64,000 nucleotides of DNA from Bythopirellula sp. (GTDB lineage: Bacteria; Planctomycetota; Planctomycetia; Pirellulales; Lacipirellulaceae). The position numbers and the translations under genes are program-made. Numbering within the stretch: position 1 is the stretch's first letter; each line of letters starts with the position of its first letter. This document shows, piece after piece, positions 39,844 to 49,518 of this stretch. Below the pieces are notes generated by a model, which made no database searches, was not told where the DNA came from, and saw only the letters and a list, made by a program, of their open reading frames with translations. The stretch lies in contig OZ244170.1 of assembly GCA_965216565.1 (NCBI GenBank), forward strand, positions 1,984,001-2,048,000, read 5' to 3'.

Positions 39844-39870
39844 TTCGCAAAAACGTGAACCGTATGCGCA
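39844..39870 (+). promoter_or_regulatory. Putative operator upstream of the DUF1559-GHL10-ampG-GNAT-nagZ operon
   Basis: TTCGCA (39844) and TGCGCA (39865), 21-bp period. Confidence 0.65.
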
Positions 39871-39991
39871 GAGCTTTGGTTCCCAGTACTGGGTTCGGTT
39901 GTCCCCTATATTGGTTCGACTACAATTCGCTGTTTGGCGGCAGTTGCATGCTAGCCGCAGGTAATTCCGTTGTCCTAGGGATATCGACACC

Positions 39992-41014
39992 ATGAACACT
40001 GTTGTTTCAAGCCACAAAGCTAGAGCGTTTACGCTTGTTGAACTGCTGGTAGTCATTGCCATCATTGGGGTACTTGTCGCATTGTTGCTCAGCGCTGTGC
40101 AGGCCGCTCGTGAGTCGGCGCGGCGAGCCAGTTGTCAGAACAACTTGAAGAATATCTGTTTGGCGAACCTCTCCTACGAATCTGCTAGAGGCAGCTTGCC
40201 TGCGGGCTCGACCGTCAACAAAGTAGCGTTTCGCAATGGGTTGAGTTGGCAAATCCCTTTGCTTCCGCACATCGAAAACAACTCGCTTCTACAGGATATC
40301 AAACAGCAAGTAACAGAATCCCGAGCCGCGGACGTCAACAATCAACCGCTCGACACGCTGGACTTCGACCGCGTGAACAAAATCCAAGTGCCCAGCTACA
40401 AGTGTCCGAGCGACGACGAAGTGATCGATAACCGAAACGGCGAGAACTTTGCGAGCTGTAGTTACGCCGGCATCTCGGGTTCCGCAGCCAGTCGCGGCAT
40501 CACCGATGAGTTTGTGGTCGACCAAAGTGGCCTGTGTGGCGAAACAAATTCCGATGGAGCGCTGTTTCCGGGCAGTCGGGTTCAGCTTCGAGAAGTTGAA
40601 GATGGCACCACCAACACACTGCTGACTGGCGAGCGATGGTACCAGCTGCGAGTTTGGACGGCCGGAGCCTACTGGCGGAAGGAAACCGTAAAGAACTTAA
40701 ACAACGCCCCCGTCCCCGATACGTGCAGTAGCGCACTGAAGAACATCGATTCAGAAATCCCCATCAACCCCTCGCTCCCTGAGATTGGCTACTATGTCGA
40801 CCATCGCGACGGCGACCGCCCCGACGATGCAACGCCCGCCCCGAAAACGCTAACCTTCAACAATCTGCCGTTCGGGAGCTTCCACCCCGGCGGTGCCCAT
40901 TTCGGTTTTGTAGACGGCAGCGTGCAGTTTCTCGCCGATCTACTCGATCCAGTTGTCCTTGCCGAACTCGCATCGCGTGCCGGTGGTGAGCTCTCCGGTA
41001 CAAACTGGAAATAG
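39992..41014 (+). CDS. DUF1559 prepilin-type protein
   Basis: [34 protein letters not shown]. Confidence 0.95.
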   Translation: MNTVVSSHKARAFTLVELLVVIAIIGVLVALLLSAVQAARESARRASCQNNLKNICLANLSYESARGSLPAGSTVNKVAFRNGLSWQIPLLPHIENNSLLQDIKQQVTESRAADVNNQPLDTLDFDRVNKIQVPSYKCPSDDEVIDNRNGENFASCSYAGISGSAASRGITDEFVVDQSGLCGETNSDGALFPGSRVQLREVEDGTTNTLLTGERWYQLRVWTAGAYWRKETVKNLNNAPVPDTCSSALKNIDSEIPINPSLPEIGYYVDHRDGDRPDDATPAPKTLTFNNLPFGSFHPGGAHFGFVDGSVQFLADLLDPVVLAELASRAGGELSGTNWK

Positions 41015-41057
41015 CCGAACCTATTTTTTTCACACTCCTACCCGGAACCCTCAAGCT

Positions 41058-42587
41058 ATGCAGCCCGTGAATTCTAATTCTAGTTTGAAGAACATTGTCG
41101 ATCGTTGTTCGATGATCTTGCTTGGCTGGGGCATCCTCTGTGGACTACCGTCAAACTTAGTAGTCGCCGAGGATCAGCCGCCTGAGCCAGCACGCGAATT
41201 TCGCGCAGCTTGGGTAGCCACAGTCGCAAACATCGACTGGCCTACCAAGCCGGGCCTCAGCACGGAGCAACAGAAACAAGAGCTGACCGCTATTATGGAC
41301 AAGGCGGCAGAACTAAATCTAAACGCAATCGTCATGCAGGTGCGTCCTCACTGCGATGCTATGTACAATTCGGAACTGGAGCCGTGGTCGGAATACCTAA
41401 CAGGAACCATGGGCAAGGCGCCAGATCCCGGCTACGATCCGTTGGAATTTGCAATTGATCTGGCTCACGATCGGGGCATCGAACTCCACGCCTGGCTCAA
41501 TCCTTATCGAGCTTCACATTCCGCTGCCAAGAGTCCGTGGTCCGCGAATCATGTGAGTCATACTCAACCCGACAGCGTTCGCGTCTATGGAAAACAGTTG
41601 TGGCTCGATCCGGCTGAACCCGCATCAGCGGACCACTCGTTGGCAGTCATTCTGGACGTCGTGAATCGCTACGATGTCGATGGCGTTCACTTCGACGACT
41701 ACTTCTATCCCTACCCCATCAAAGACCCCAATAAGCAGGATGTTTCTTTCCCCGATGCTAACCTTTGGAAGTTGGCCAGCGCGGACAACCCTTCGCTAGA
41801 TCGCAATGATTGGCGGCGGAAGCAAGTCGACGATTTTCTCCAGCGTGTGAGTACCGGAGTCCATCAGGCCAAACCGTGGGTCAAATTTGGCATCAGCCCT
41901 TTCGGAATCTGGAGGCCCGGCCATCCGGAATCCATCAAAGGCTTCGACGCCTATGACAAACTGTATGCCGACTCCAAGAAGTGGCTGCAAAAAGGCTGGG
42001 TTGATTATTTAACTCCTCAGCTCTATTGGAATATCGATAGCAAAGGCCAAAGCTATCCAACCTTGCTCAATTGGTGGCACGAACAGAACACCAAGGGCCG
42101 ACATCTGTGGCCTGGCAACTATACTTCCCGCGTGGGGAACAAGGGCCTGGGCAGTTGGGAGTCGCAGGAGATCATTGATCAAATCCAGGTGACGCGCGAT
42201 CAACCCGGTGCCGATGGCAACGTGCATTTCAGCATGAAGGCATTGATGGATGACCGTGGTGTCGACCAAGCACTTGCCGAGGGCCCCTATCGCGCACCGG
42301 CGCTCGTACCCGCCACGCCGTGGCTGGAAGCGGACGCACCGAGGAAGCCAAACGCCACCATCTCTGACGGCAAACTTCAGCTTAAGACCTCGGCCGATTC
42401 CTCTCCCTGGCTTTGGGTTGTCCAGTGCAAATCGTCCGGGGACTGGCAGACGGAGATCATTCCCGGTCAAATCAAGCAATACTCACTGTCTCAACTCGAA
42501 GACTCAGAGCAGCTAAAGCAAGTGGCGGTATCTGCAGTTAATCGGTTGGGCGAAGTCAGCGCTGTCCAATTGCTCATGGCCAACTAA
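41058..42587 (+). CDS. GHL10/DUF187 glycoside hydrolase, YddW/DigH-like
   Basis: REFRAAWVATVANIDWP, HAWLNPYR, YDVDGVHFDDYFYPY, FGISPFGIW, PQLYW. Confidence 0.9.
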   Translation: MQPVNSNSSLKNIVDRCSMILLGWGILCGLPSNLVVAEDQPPEPAREFRAAWVATVANIDWPTKPGLSTEQQKQELTAIMDKAAELNLNAIVMQVRPHCDAMYNSELEPWSEYLTGTMGKAPDPGYDPLEFAIDLAHDRGIELHAWLNPYRASHSAAKSPWSANHVSHTQPDSVRVYGKQLWLDPAEPASADHSLAVILDVVNRYDVDGVHFDDYFYPYPIKDPNKQDVSFPDANLWKLASADNPSLDRNDWRRKQVDDFLQRVSTGVHQAKPWVKFGISPFGIWRPGHPESIKGFDAYDKLYADSKKWLQKGWVDYLTPQLYWNIDSKGQSYPTLLNWWHEQNTKGRHLWPGNYTSRVGNKGLGSWESQEIIDQIQVTRDQPGADGNVHFSMKALMDDRGVDQALAEGPYRAPALVPATPWLEADAPRKPNATISDGKLQLKTSADSSPWLWVVQCKSSGDWQTEIIPGQIKQYSLSQLEDSEQLKQVAVSAVNRLGEVSAVQLLMAN

Positions 42588-42600
42588 CAATAGGATCAAC

Positions 42601-44532
42601 ATGGACTCATCGTCTGCAAGCCACTCGTCTTCCAGTCAAGAGGAACGCAGTCAAAGGGCACGCAGTCATTGGGCATGGATCCCCAGCCTCTATTTCTCCG
42701 AAGGTCTGCCCTACGTCATTGTGATGACCGTCTCGGTCATCATGTACAAGAAGCTCGGGATATCGAATACCGAGATTGCGCTCTACACCAGTTGGCTCTA
42801 TTTGCCGTGGGTAATCAAGCCGTTTTGGAGCCCGCTGGTGGAAGTCTTGCGGACCAAGCGGTGGTGGATCGTCGTGATGCAGCTGTTGATTGGGGCGGGG
42901 CTCGCGGGAGTTGCCTTCACAATACCAACGTCAGATTTTCTGCAATACACGTTGGCATTTCTGTGGCTGATGGCATTTAGCTCGGCCACGCACGACATCG
43001 CCGCCGATGGGTTTTACATGATGCCGCTCACCACGCACGAGCAAGCATGGTTCGTAGGCATCCGCAGCACGTTCTACCGACTGGCTATGATTACCGGCCA
43101 AGGCCTGCTTGTGATGCTGGCCGGCTCGTTGGAAGAATCCTACGGGCTGCCCCAGCAGTTGGTGGTCGTCCAAGCAACCGCCGAAGCCCCAACACTCGAC
43201 GGATTTGAAACCGCAAATTTCGACGCAATCGGCAGCGCAGATACTCAGCAACTGCTCGTGGCCAACAACACCTACCAGCTTAGTTTCGCTGATCGCAGCC
43301 CCGAAGAAGTCAGTACTCTTGTCGACCAAGTGCGGAGTTGGAATTTGGATCACGGTTTCTATCAGGAAGAAGTAACAGCTGGGAACATTGACGAGAGTGA
43401 TCAGGCCGAGGAAGAAGAATCTACGTGGGTCGATTCCCTGGAGCATTGGATCGTCGACAACTTTGGTCCCTCCGAGACTACCGCTGCCGTTAGTGCAGTT
43501 GCTGGGGACGTGGCGATTATTCAAATGCGTTTGAGCCAGCCGCTAGCCGAAGGCGAGCAACGGGTCGTGAATCTATCTCAGCAAGGCGGCGACCCGAGTT
43601 TTAAGATCGTCGAAGGCTCGCGTTTTACAATCACGGCTGAGAATTCTCAGCAGCCCTTTGCGGCTGTCGTGCAGGTTGATCACCGTCTCGACAAACCCTC
43701 GGCGGCAACCTTCCGCGCTCTCTCGGGCGACACGCCGACTGCGTGGAAGGTGACGTTCTTATTAGCTGCTGCATTTTTCATCGTGATTTGTTTGTACCAC
43801 TTTCTAGTCTTGCCCAGGCCTGCGAATGACCAGCCTGCCGAGGGGGCCGTCAACATCGCCGGCATCTGGAAAGAGCTGCTCATTCCATTCGGAACCTTCT
43901 TTAGCAAACCAGGCATTTTCATTGCTATTCTGTTTCTCATGTTTTACCGATTCTCCGAAGCACAGTTGGTAAAACTCTCGTCACCATTCTTGCTCGACAG
44001 CAAGGAACTGGGCGGGCTCGCGCTTTCCACGGGAGAAGTCGGCTTCGCCTACGGTACAGTCGGCATTATCTTGCTGACCTTGGGAGGAATTCTAGGCGGC
44101 CTCGTAGCTGCCCGGAACGGACTCAAATATTGGCTGTGGTGGATGGTACTGGCCATCAACTTACCTAATGCCGTTTATGTGTTTCTGTCACAAGTCCAAC
44201 CCGAAAGCTATCTGATGGTCAACTTGGCCGTGGCGATCGAACAGTTTGGCTACGGGTTCGGCTTTACAGCCTACATGCTGTTCATGCTGTACATCTCGCA
44301 GGGCAAATACGAGACGGCTCACTACGCAATCTGCACCGGTTTCATGGCCCTGGGTATGATGATCCCCGGCATGTTTAGCGGTTGGCTACAAGAGCTAGTT
44401 GGGTATCAACATTTCTTTATTTGGGTGATGATCGCCACACTACCGAGCTTTCTGGTGTGCATGCTCGTCAATATTGATGAGAACTTCGGAAAAGGAGATG
44501 CCAACTCTGAGGATAGCGCGGAGGCATCTTGA
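42601..44532 (+). CDS. ampG: AmpG-family MFS muropeptide permease with a ~200-aa soluble insertion
   Basis: EGLPY, LPWVIKPFWSP, SATHDIAADG, EQFGYGFG, HYAICTG. Confidence 0.85.
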   Translation: MDSSSASHSSSSQEERSQRARSHWAWIPSLYFSEGLPYVIVMTVSVIMYKKLGISNTEIALYTSWLYLPWVIKPFWSPLVEVLRTKRWWIVVMQLLIGAGLAGVAFTIPTSDFLQYTLAFLWLMAFSSATHDIAADGFYMMPLTTHEQAWFVGIRSTFYRLAMITGQGLLVMLAGSLEESYGLPQQLVVVQATAEAPTLDGFETANFDAIGSADTQQLLVANNTYQLSFADRSPEEVSTLVDQVRSWNLDHGFYQEEVTAGNIDESDQAEEEESTWVDSLEHWIVDNFGPSETTAAVSAVAGDVAIIQMRLSQPLAEGEQRVVNLSQQGGDPSFKIVEGSRFTITAENSQQPFAAVVQVDHRLDKPSAATFRALSGDTPTAWKVTFLLAAAFFIVICLYHFLVLPRPANDQPAEGAVNIAGIWKELLIPFGTFFSKPGIFIAILFLMFYRFSEAQLVKLSSPFLLDSKELGGLALSTGEVGFAYGTVGIILLTLGGILGGLVAARNGLKYWLWWMVLAINLPNAVYVFLSQVQPESYLMVNLAVAIEQFGYGFGFTAYMLFMLYISQGKYETAHYAICTGFMALGMMIPGMFSGWLQELVGYQHFFIWVMIATLPSFLVCMLVNIDENFGKGDANSEDSAEAS

Positions 44533-45437
44533 TCAAACGCGCGTTAATGCAGAGCGATTGTGAAGAGCTGGCCAAGTTGTGGAATCGCAGTGCGCCATTC
44601 GACCAAATATCATCCGAAGTACTGACGGAAAAGATATGGGGCGATGCCGATTTCGACGAATCGCTGTGCTTGGCCTTAGAAGATTCGAATCGCCTGGTTG
44701 GATTCGGCGCGTGTGTCGTTCGCAACCAGGAGTCGGGCGGCACTGGCTACGTCAAGCTATTAGCGATTGCCCCCTCCCATCGAGGACGAGGCTACGGCCG
44801 GCAACTCTTGCAGACCTTGGAGGCTCGTCTAGCCAGCCTCAAGGTTTCAGCCATTCGACCAAGCGAGTCGGCCCCCAACTATCTGACTCCTGGCATCGAT
44901 GTACGCTATACGCAAGCGTTGTTGCTATTCGAGGCCGAAGGCTATCAACGGATTGGCGAAACGCACAACCTGTTGGCAAATTTGGCTGATCTGGAACTCG
45001 ACACCGACTCGCTTGTGAAATCACTCGGCGCAGCAGAGATCGAAATTAGACGCTGGCAAGAGGACGACTCTCGTTCGCTTCAAGAATTGCTCGAATCCCA
45101 TTGGCCAGCCTGGAAGGCAGAGCTTGCCCAAGCTCAAAAACACAGCCCGCCAGCCGTTCACTTGGCTCTCAAGGCCGGCAAGGTGATCGCCTTCGCTGGC
45201 TACGATGGAAACAACATCGGCACCGGTTGGTTTGGGCCCATGGGCACCGATCCTAACTTTCGTGGATTGGGGATCGGGGAAGTGCTGCTCAAGCACTGTC
45301 TGCTTGATATTCGAGAGCAGGGACACCCGTCCGCAATTATTCCCTGGGTCGGTCCTATTAAGTTCTATGCCAGGCACTCCAATGCCCGAATAGATCGTGT
45401 ATTCTACCGTTACGAAAAACAGCTGAAGCAAGAATAG
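44529..45437 (+). CDS. Tandem GNAT N-acetyltransferase
   Basis: Two acetyl-CoA motifs (HRGRGYG and FRGLGIG), FGPMG. Confidence 0.85.
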   Translation: MIKRALMQSDCEELAKLWNRSAPFDQISSEVLTEKIWGDADFDESLCLALEDSNRLVGFGACVVRNQESGGTGYVKLLAIAPSHRGRGYGRQLLQTLEARLASLKVSAIRPSESAPNYLTPGIDVRYTQALLLFEAEGYQRIGETHNLLANLADLELDTDSLVKSLGAAEIEIRRWQEDDSRSLQELLESHWPAWKAELAQAQKHSPPAVHLALKAGKVIAFAGYDGNNIGTGWFGPMGTDPNFRGLGIGEVLLKHCLLDIREQGHPSAIIPWVGPIKFYARHSNARIDRVFYRYEKQLKQE

Positions 45438-45466
45438 AAATTTGGCATCGAAAGGATTGTCACGAG

Positions 45467-47023
45467 GTGAATCCCCCTAAGACATTGCGAGAAAAGCTCG
45501 CGCAACTCATGTACGTTCGGATCGGTTCAAATCTGCCACCTGTTAGAGCAGCAGACGAGGATGCTACGAAGATCGAACGCATTCTCGAAACTTGCCCGAT
45601 CGGCGGCTTGCTGCTGTTCAATGGTCGCCGTCACGATACCCCCAGCACGCTCGATCGCTTGCAGGAGGTCTCCGATGTTCCCCTGTTAGTTGCCGCAGAC
45701 ATCGAGCGTGGAGTTGGCCAGCAAATGCGCGGATTTTCGATATTCCCCCATGCGATGGCTTTCTCGGCACTCGACGAGGCAGAAAAACGAGTTTATGAGT
45801 TCGCACTGATAACGGCAAAGGTCGCTCGCGCATCCGGAATCCACGTCACGCTCTCCCCTGTGGCAGACGTCAACAACAATCCCCTAAACCCAATCATTTC
45901 GACACGCGCCTTTGGCCGCGAGCCGCAAGAAGTATCGCGGTTGGTGACCGCTTTCGTACGTGGTTCGCACGATGGTGGACTACTGACCACAGCAAAACAC
46001 TTTCCCGGCCATGGCAATACGAGCGAAGATTCCCACCATGAACTCCCTACGATTCATTCGAGTCGCGAGGAAATGCAGCAAATCGAACTGCCGCCGTTCC
46101 AAGCGGCGATCGATGCCGGAGCGGCGCTCATCATGACAGCGCACATCTGTTTTCCCGCCATCGATCCAACAGGCCAGTGTGCCACACTTTCGCAACCGAT
46201 TCTCAAAGACCTCTTGCGAAAGCAGCTCGGCTTCGAAGGCGCAGTCGTCAGCGATAGCCTGATGATGGAAGGCGTGAAACAGCAGGGAGAAAACGAAGGA
46301 GATCTAGCCGTCAAAGCGATTAATGCGGGCGTCGATTTCCTGTTGGATATCGTGGACCCACACACAACGCTCGACCAAATGGAACAAGCCGTGGAAGAAG
46401 GGCGACTCGACGAGGCTCGCGTGAACGAGGCCTTCGAGCATCTCTGGAAACTCAAGCAAAGTACATTCGACGATCACAGCCACGACGTAGCAGCAACAGA
46501 AATCGAGAACAATGTTCTGCCAGAAATGGAAAGACTCGTCACAACCATCAGCCACGATGCGATCACTGCTACAAACACACGAGCAGGCCAGCTTCCGTTT
46601 GCCAAAGAGCGCAAGCTAAGCGCCGTCGTCATCAAGACGGTGAATCCTTCCGGTAGCACAGAGGAGGAACCGATAGCGGCCCACTTACGCGAACAGTTTT
46701 CCGATTGCGATTATTTTGATCTTGGTCCCGATGCGACCGAGGAGAACTATTCCAAGGCTAAAGAAGCTTGCCAGAATGCAGAGCAGGTGCTAATTGCACT
46801 CATTGTCAAACCTGCTGCGTGGCATCGCTTCGGATTGAAACCCGAATTGGTTGCCTATGTGAAAGAATTGCTAGAGCATGACAACTGCGTACTAGTCTCG
46901 CTCGGCGCTGCAGAGGCACTTTCGGAGTTTGCTTCCCACCCAACACCGCATACTCAGCTGTGTACATACAGTGACGTCCCTGCATCGCAGCAAGCGATTG
47001 TTCAGTACTTAGTCAGCGGATAA
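45467..47023 (+). CDS. nagZ: GH3 beta-N-acetylglucosaminidase, no signal peptide
   Basis: ADIERG, KHFPGHGNTSEDSH (NagZ signature), VSDSL.M. Confidence 0.9.
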   Translation: MNPPKTLREKLAQLMYVRIGSNLPPVRAADEDATKIERILETCPIGGLLLFNGRRHDTPSTLDRLQEVSDVPLLVAADIERGVGQQMRGFSIFPHAMAFSALDEAEKRVYEFALITAKVARASGIHVTLSPVADVNNNPLNPIISTRAFGREPQEVSRLVTAFVRGSHDGGLLTTAKHFPGHGNTSEDSHHELPTIHSSREEMQQIELPPFQAAIDAGAALIMTAHICFPAIDPTGQCATLSQPILKDLLRKQLGFEGAVVSDSLMMEGVKQQGENEGDLAVKAINAGVDFLLDIVDPHTTLDQMEQAVEEGRLDEARVNEAFEHLWKLKQSTFDDHSHDVAATEIENNVLPEMERLVTTISHDAITATNTRAGQLPFAKERKLSAVVIKTVNPSGSTEEEPIAAHLREQFSDCDYFDLGPDATEENYSKAKEACQNAEQVLIALIVKPAAWHRFGLKPELVAYVKELLEHDNCVLVSLGAAEALSEFASHPTPHTQLCTYSDVPASQQAIVQYLVSG

Positions 47024-47038
47024 GCCACTCCAGGCAAG

Positions 47039-47065
47039 TGCGCTTCGGCAATACATTGATGCGCG
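47039..47065 (-). promoter_or_regulatory. Possible operator in inverted orientation upstream of the DUF1611 operon
   Basis: TGCGCT (47039) and TGCGCG (47060) = CGCA-N17-CGCA on the minus strand. Confidence 0.45.
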
Positions 47066-47302
47066 AATCCGTGATGGCCTTCGGCTCAAGTGTTTTCAAA
47101 CAACTGAAAAAAGCCCATAAACGAGTAGAAGGCACTTGCGACAAACTGCATAACGAACAGAACTGATTTGCAGAGCCTTCTCGCGCCAAGAAGTTCTCAC
47201 TAAACTCAAATTATCGGGGTTAACAAGCAATAGGAACCTCGCTGTGTGCCACTCGAGTGGCAAATTTTGACAAACCGAGGATCCTTGTGAGTTATTCGTA
47301 AA

Positions 47303-48382
47303 ATGGCTGATTCAAATCTCAACCACTCCGCTCAGGCACATCAATCGCGGAAGTTGGTAATTCTTACCGAAGGTCATTCGGAACCCATCACAGCTAAAAC
47401 GGCTGTTTGTGTCTTGCGTTACAATCCCGACGAAGTGGTAGCCGTTCTCGATTCAACGCAGGTTGGCAGCACAACCGAACAGGTTTTTGGCGTCGGTGGC
47501 AATACTCCCTTCATCGCCGATATCGAGGAAGCCTCAGAAGCCAACACACTGATGATCGGTATCGCCCCCCCCGGAGGACGGATGCCGGAGAGCTGGCGGA
47601 AAGTGGTTTTCCAGGCCATGGATCGCGGGATGAACGTCGTCTCGGGACTGCATCAATTCTTATCGAACGACCCCGAGTTCTCTCAGCAAGCCGCCGAGAA
47701 GGGTATCGAGTTGGTTGACGTTCGCAAGAACAATGAGTCGAACGTTTCCGACTATGCCGAGTTTCGCGACGACTGCCTCCGCATTCACACAGTCGGCCAA
47801 GACTGCTGCATCGGAAAAATGGTTGTGGCTATCGAACTTGCGAACGCCATGAAGCAACAGGGGGTCGACGCCAAGTTTGTAGCAACGGGTCAAACAGGAA
47901 TTCTCGTCGAGGGCGACGGCTGCCCGGTCGACTGCGTTGTTTCCGACTTTGTGAATGGCGCGGCTGAAAAGCTTGTCCTTGCCAATCAACATCACGACAT
48001 GCTGTTTATCGAAGGGCAGGGGAGCCTGGCCCATCCTCGCTATTCGGCGGTCACCCTGGGGTTGCTACACGGCACTCGTCCTCAAGGCCTGATCTTGTGT
48101 TACGAAGTTGGCAGAAAAAATGTCCACGGCATGGAGCATGTGCCGCTGAAGTCACTCGCCGAGTTGCGGACGATCTACGAACAAATGGCAAGCCTGATGC
48201 ACCCGTCACGGGTGATAGGCATCGCGATGAATAGCCGCAAAGTATCCGAAGCAGAGGCCGACGCAGAGCGGGAACAAATTCGCAGTGAGATGGGACTTCC
48301 CGTCTGCGACGTTATCCGGCACGGCCCTCACGAGTTGGTCGAGGCGATCGAACAATTTCGCGCCGTACCAGCAGCAGGTTAA
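47303..48382 (+). CDS. dgcN: DUF1611 protein (DgcN-like D-glutamate N-acetyltransferase)
   Basis: KTA, IGIAPPGG, SGLH, GQDCCIGKM, ATGQTG, EGQGS. Confidence 0.75.
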   Translation: MADSNLNHSAQAHQSRKLVILTEGHSEPITAKTAVCVLRYNPDEVVAVLDSTQVGSTTEQVFGVGGNTPFIADIEEASEANTLMIGIAPPGGRMPESWRKVVFQAMDRGMNVVSGLHQFLSNDPEFSQQAAEKGIELVDVRKNNESNVSDYAEFRDDCLRIHTVGQDCCIGKMVVAIELANAMKQQGVDAKFVATGQTGILVEGDGCPVDCVVSDFVNGAAEKLVLANQHHDMLFIEGQGSLAHPRYSAVTLGLLHGTRPQGLILCYEVGRKNVHGMEHVPLKSLAELRTIYEQMASLMHPSRVIGIAMNSRKVSEAEADAEREQIRSEMGLPVCDVIRHGPHELVEAIEQFRAVPAAG

Positions 48383-48466
48383 GTAGGATCTTGTCGCAAC
48401 TTTCCTTCACCAATCTATCTCACATCCATTTCACACGAAAATCTGTTTCAGCAGCGCATCAACAAC

Positions 48467-49495
48467 ATGCAGATCCGAACCCATGTTTACAACCTGCCGC
48501 TGAAACACGCCTTCACTATCTCGCGCGAGACCACCACTGTGCAGCCGACCTTGATTGTCGAGCTGTCCGATGGCACTCATTCCGGTTACGGTGAGGCCAC
48601 GACCAATAGTTACTATGGCATGACCATCGAGTCGATGCAGCAGGCTTTGCAGCGTGTGACGCCGACACTGGAATCGATGGACCAATTCCAACCTGATACC
48701 CTTTGGCAGGAAGTCGCCCCGCAGCTGGAAGACTGTCCCTTCGCCCTGTGCGCGCTCGACCAGGCGGCCTACGATTTGTGGGGCAAGCAGCAACAGACCC
48801 CCGTCTATCAGCTCCTGGGGCTCGATAATTCGAAGGTGCCAACATCAAACTTCACCATCGGCATCGATACGATCCCGAAGATGGTCGAGAAGCTCAATGA
48901 AGTCCCCGACTGGCCGATTTACAAGATCAAGCTTGGCACGGAGAACGATCTGGAAATCGTCGCCGAGTTGCGTCGCTACACCGACGCCACCTTCCGTGTG
49001 GATGCCAACTGTGGTTGGAGCGCGGAACAGACTGTCGAATTCTCACCATCACTTAGAGATCTAGGTGTCGAGTTTATCGAGCAACCCCTGCCCGCCGATG
49101 ATTCCGAAGGGCACAAACATGTATTCGAAAACTCTGCCTTACCAGTGGTAGCCGACGAAAGCTGCATCCACGAAGCCGATGTCGAGCACTGCCATGGTAG
49201 TTTCCATGGCATAAACATCAAACTCGTCAAGTGCGGCGGACTGACCCCCGCCCGTCGAATGATCGACCAAGCCAAGCAACTCGGCATGAAGGTCATGGTG
49301 GGTTGCATGACCGAATCTACCGTTGGCATCTCCGCTATCGCACAAATTCTGCCGCTGCTGGATTACGTCGACATGGATGGTGCCGCGCTGTTGAAAGAAG
49401 ATATTGCCACCGGGGTTGTTGTCGATCGAGGCGTGTGCCGCTATCCCAACGTGCCGGGAAGTGGTGTTCAGCTACTGAAAGAATCTGCCGATTAA
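48467..49495 (+). CDS. Enolase-superfamily dipeptide epimerase / N-acetyl-D-Glu racemase-like
   Basis: FTISR, KIKLG, VDAN, EQP, ADES, NIKLVKCGG, GCM, DMDG. Confidence 0.88.
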   Translation: MQIRTHVYNLPLKHAFTISRETTTVQPTLIVELSDGTHSGYGEATTNSYYGMTIESMQQALQRVTPTLESMDQFQPDTLWQEVAPQLEDCPFALCALDQAAYDLWGKQQQTPVYQLLGLDNSKVPTSNFTIGIDTIPKMVEKLNEVPDWPIYKIKLGTENDLEIVAELRRYTDATFRVDANCGWSAEQTVEFSPSLRDLGVEFIEQPLPADDSEGHKHVFENSALPVVADESCIHEADVEHCHGSFHGINIKLVKCGGLTPARRMIDQAKQLGMKVMVGCMTESTVGISAIAQILPLLDYVDMDGAALLKEDIATGVVVDRGVCRYPNVPGSGVQLLKESAD

Positions 49496-49518
49496 TCCCA
49501 CCACTTTGCGAGAAGCAT

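Noticed and set aside
17348..49518. Long N-terminal extensions in the ORF track (17348, 31573, 33048, 39775, 40953, 49231)
   Set aside because: They overlap upstream genes or promoters; downstream ATGs give proper signal peptides or domain starts.
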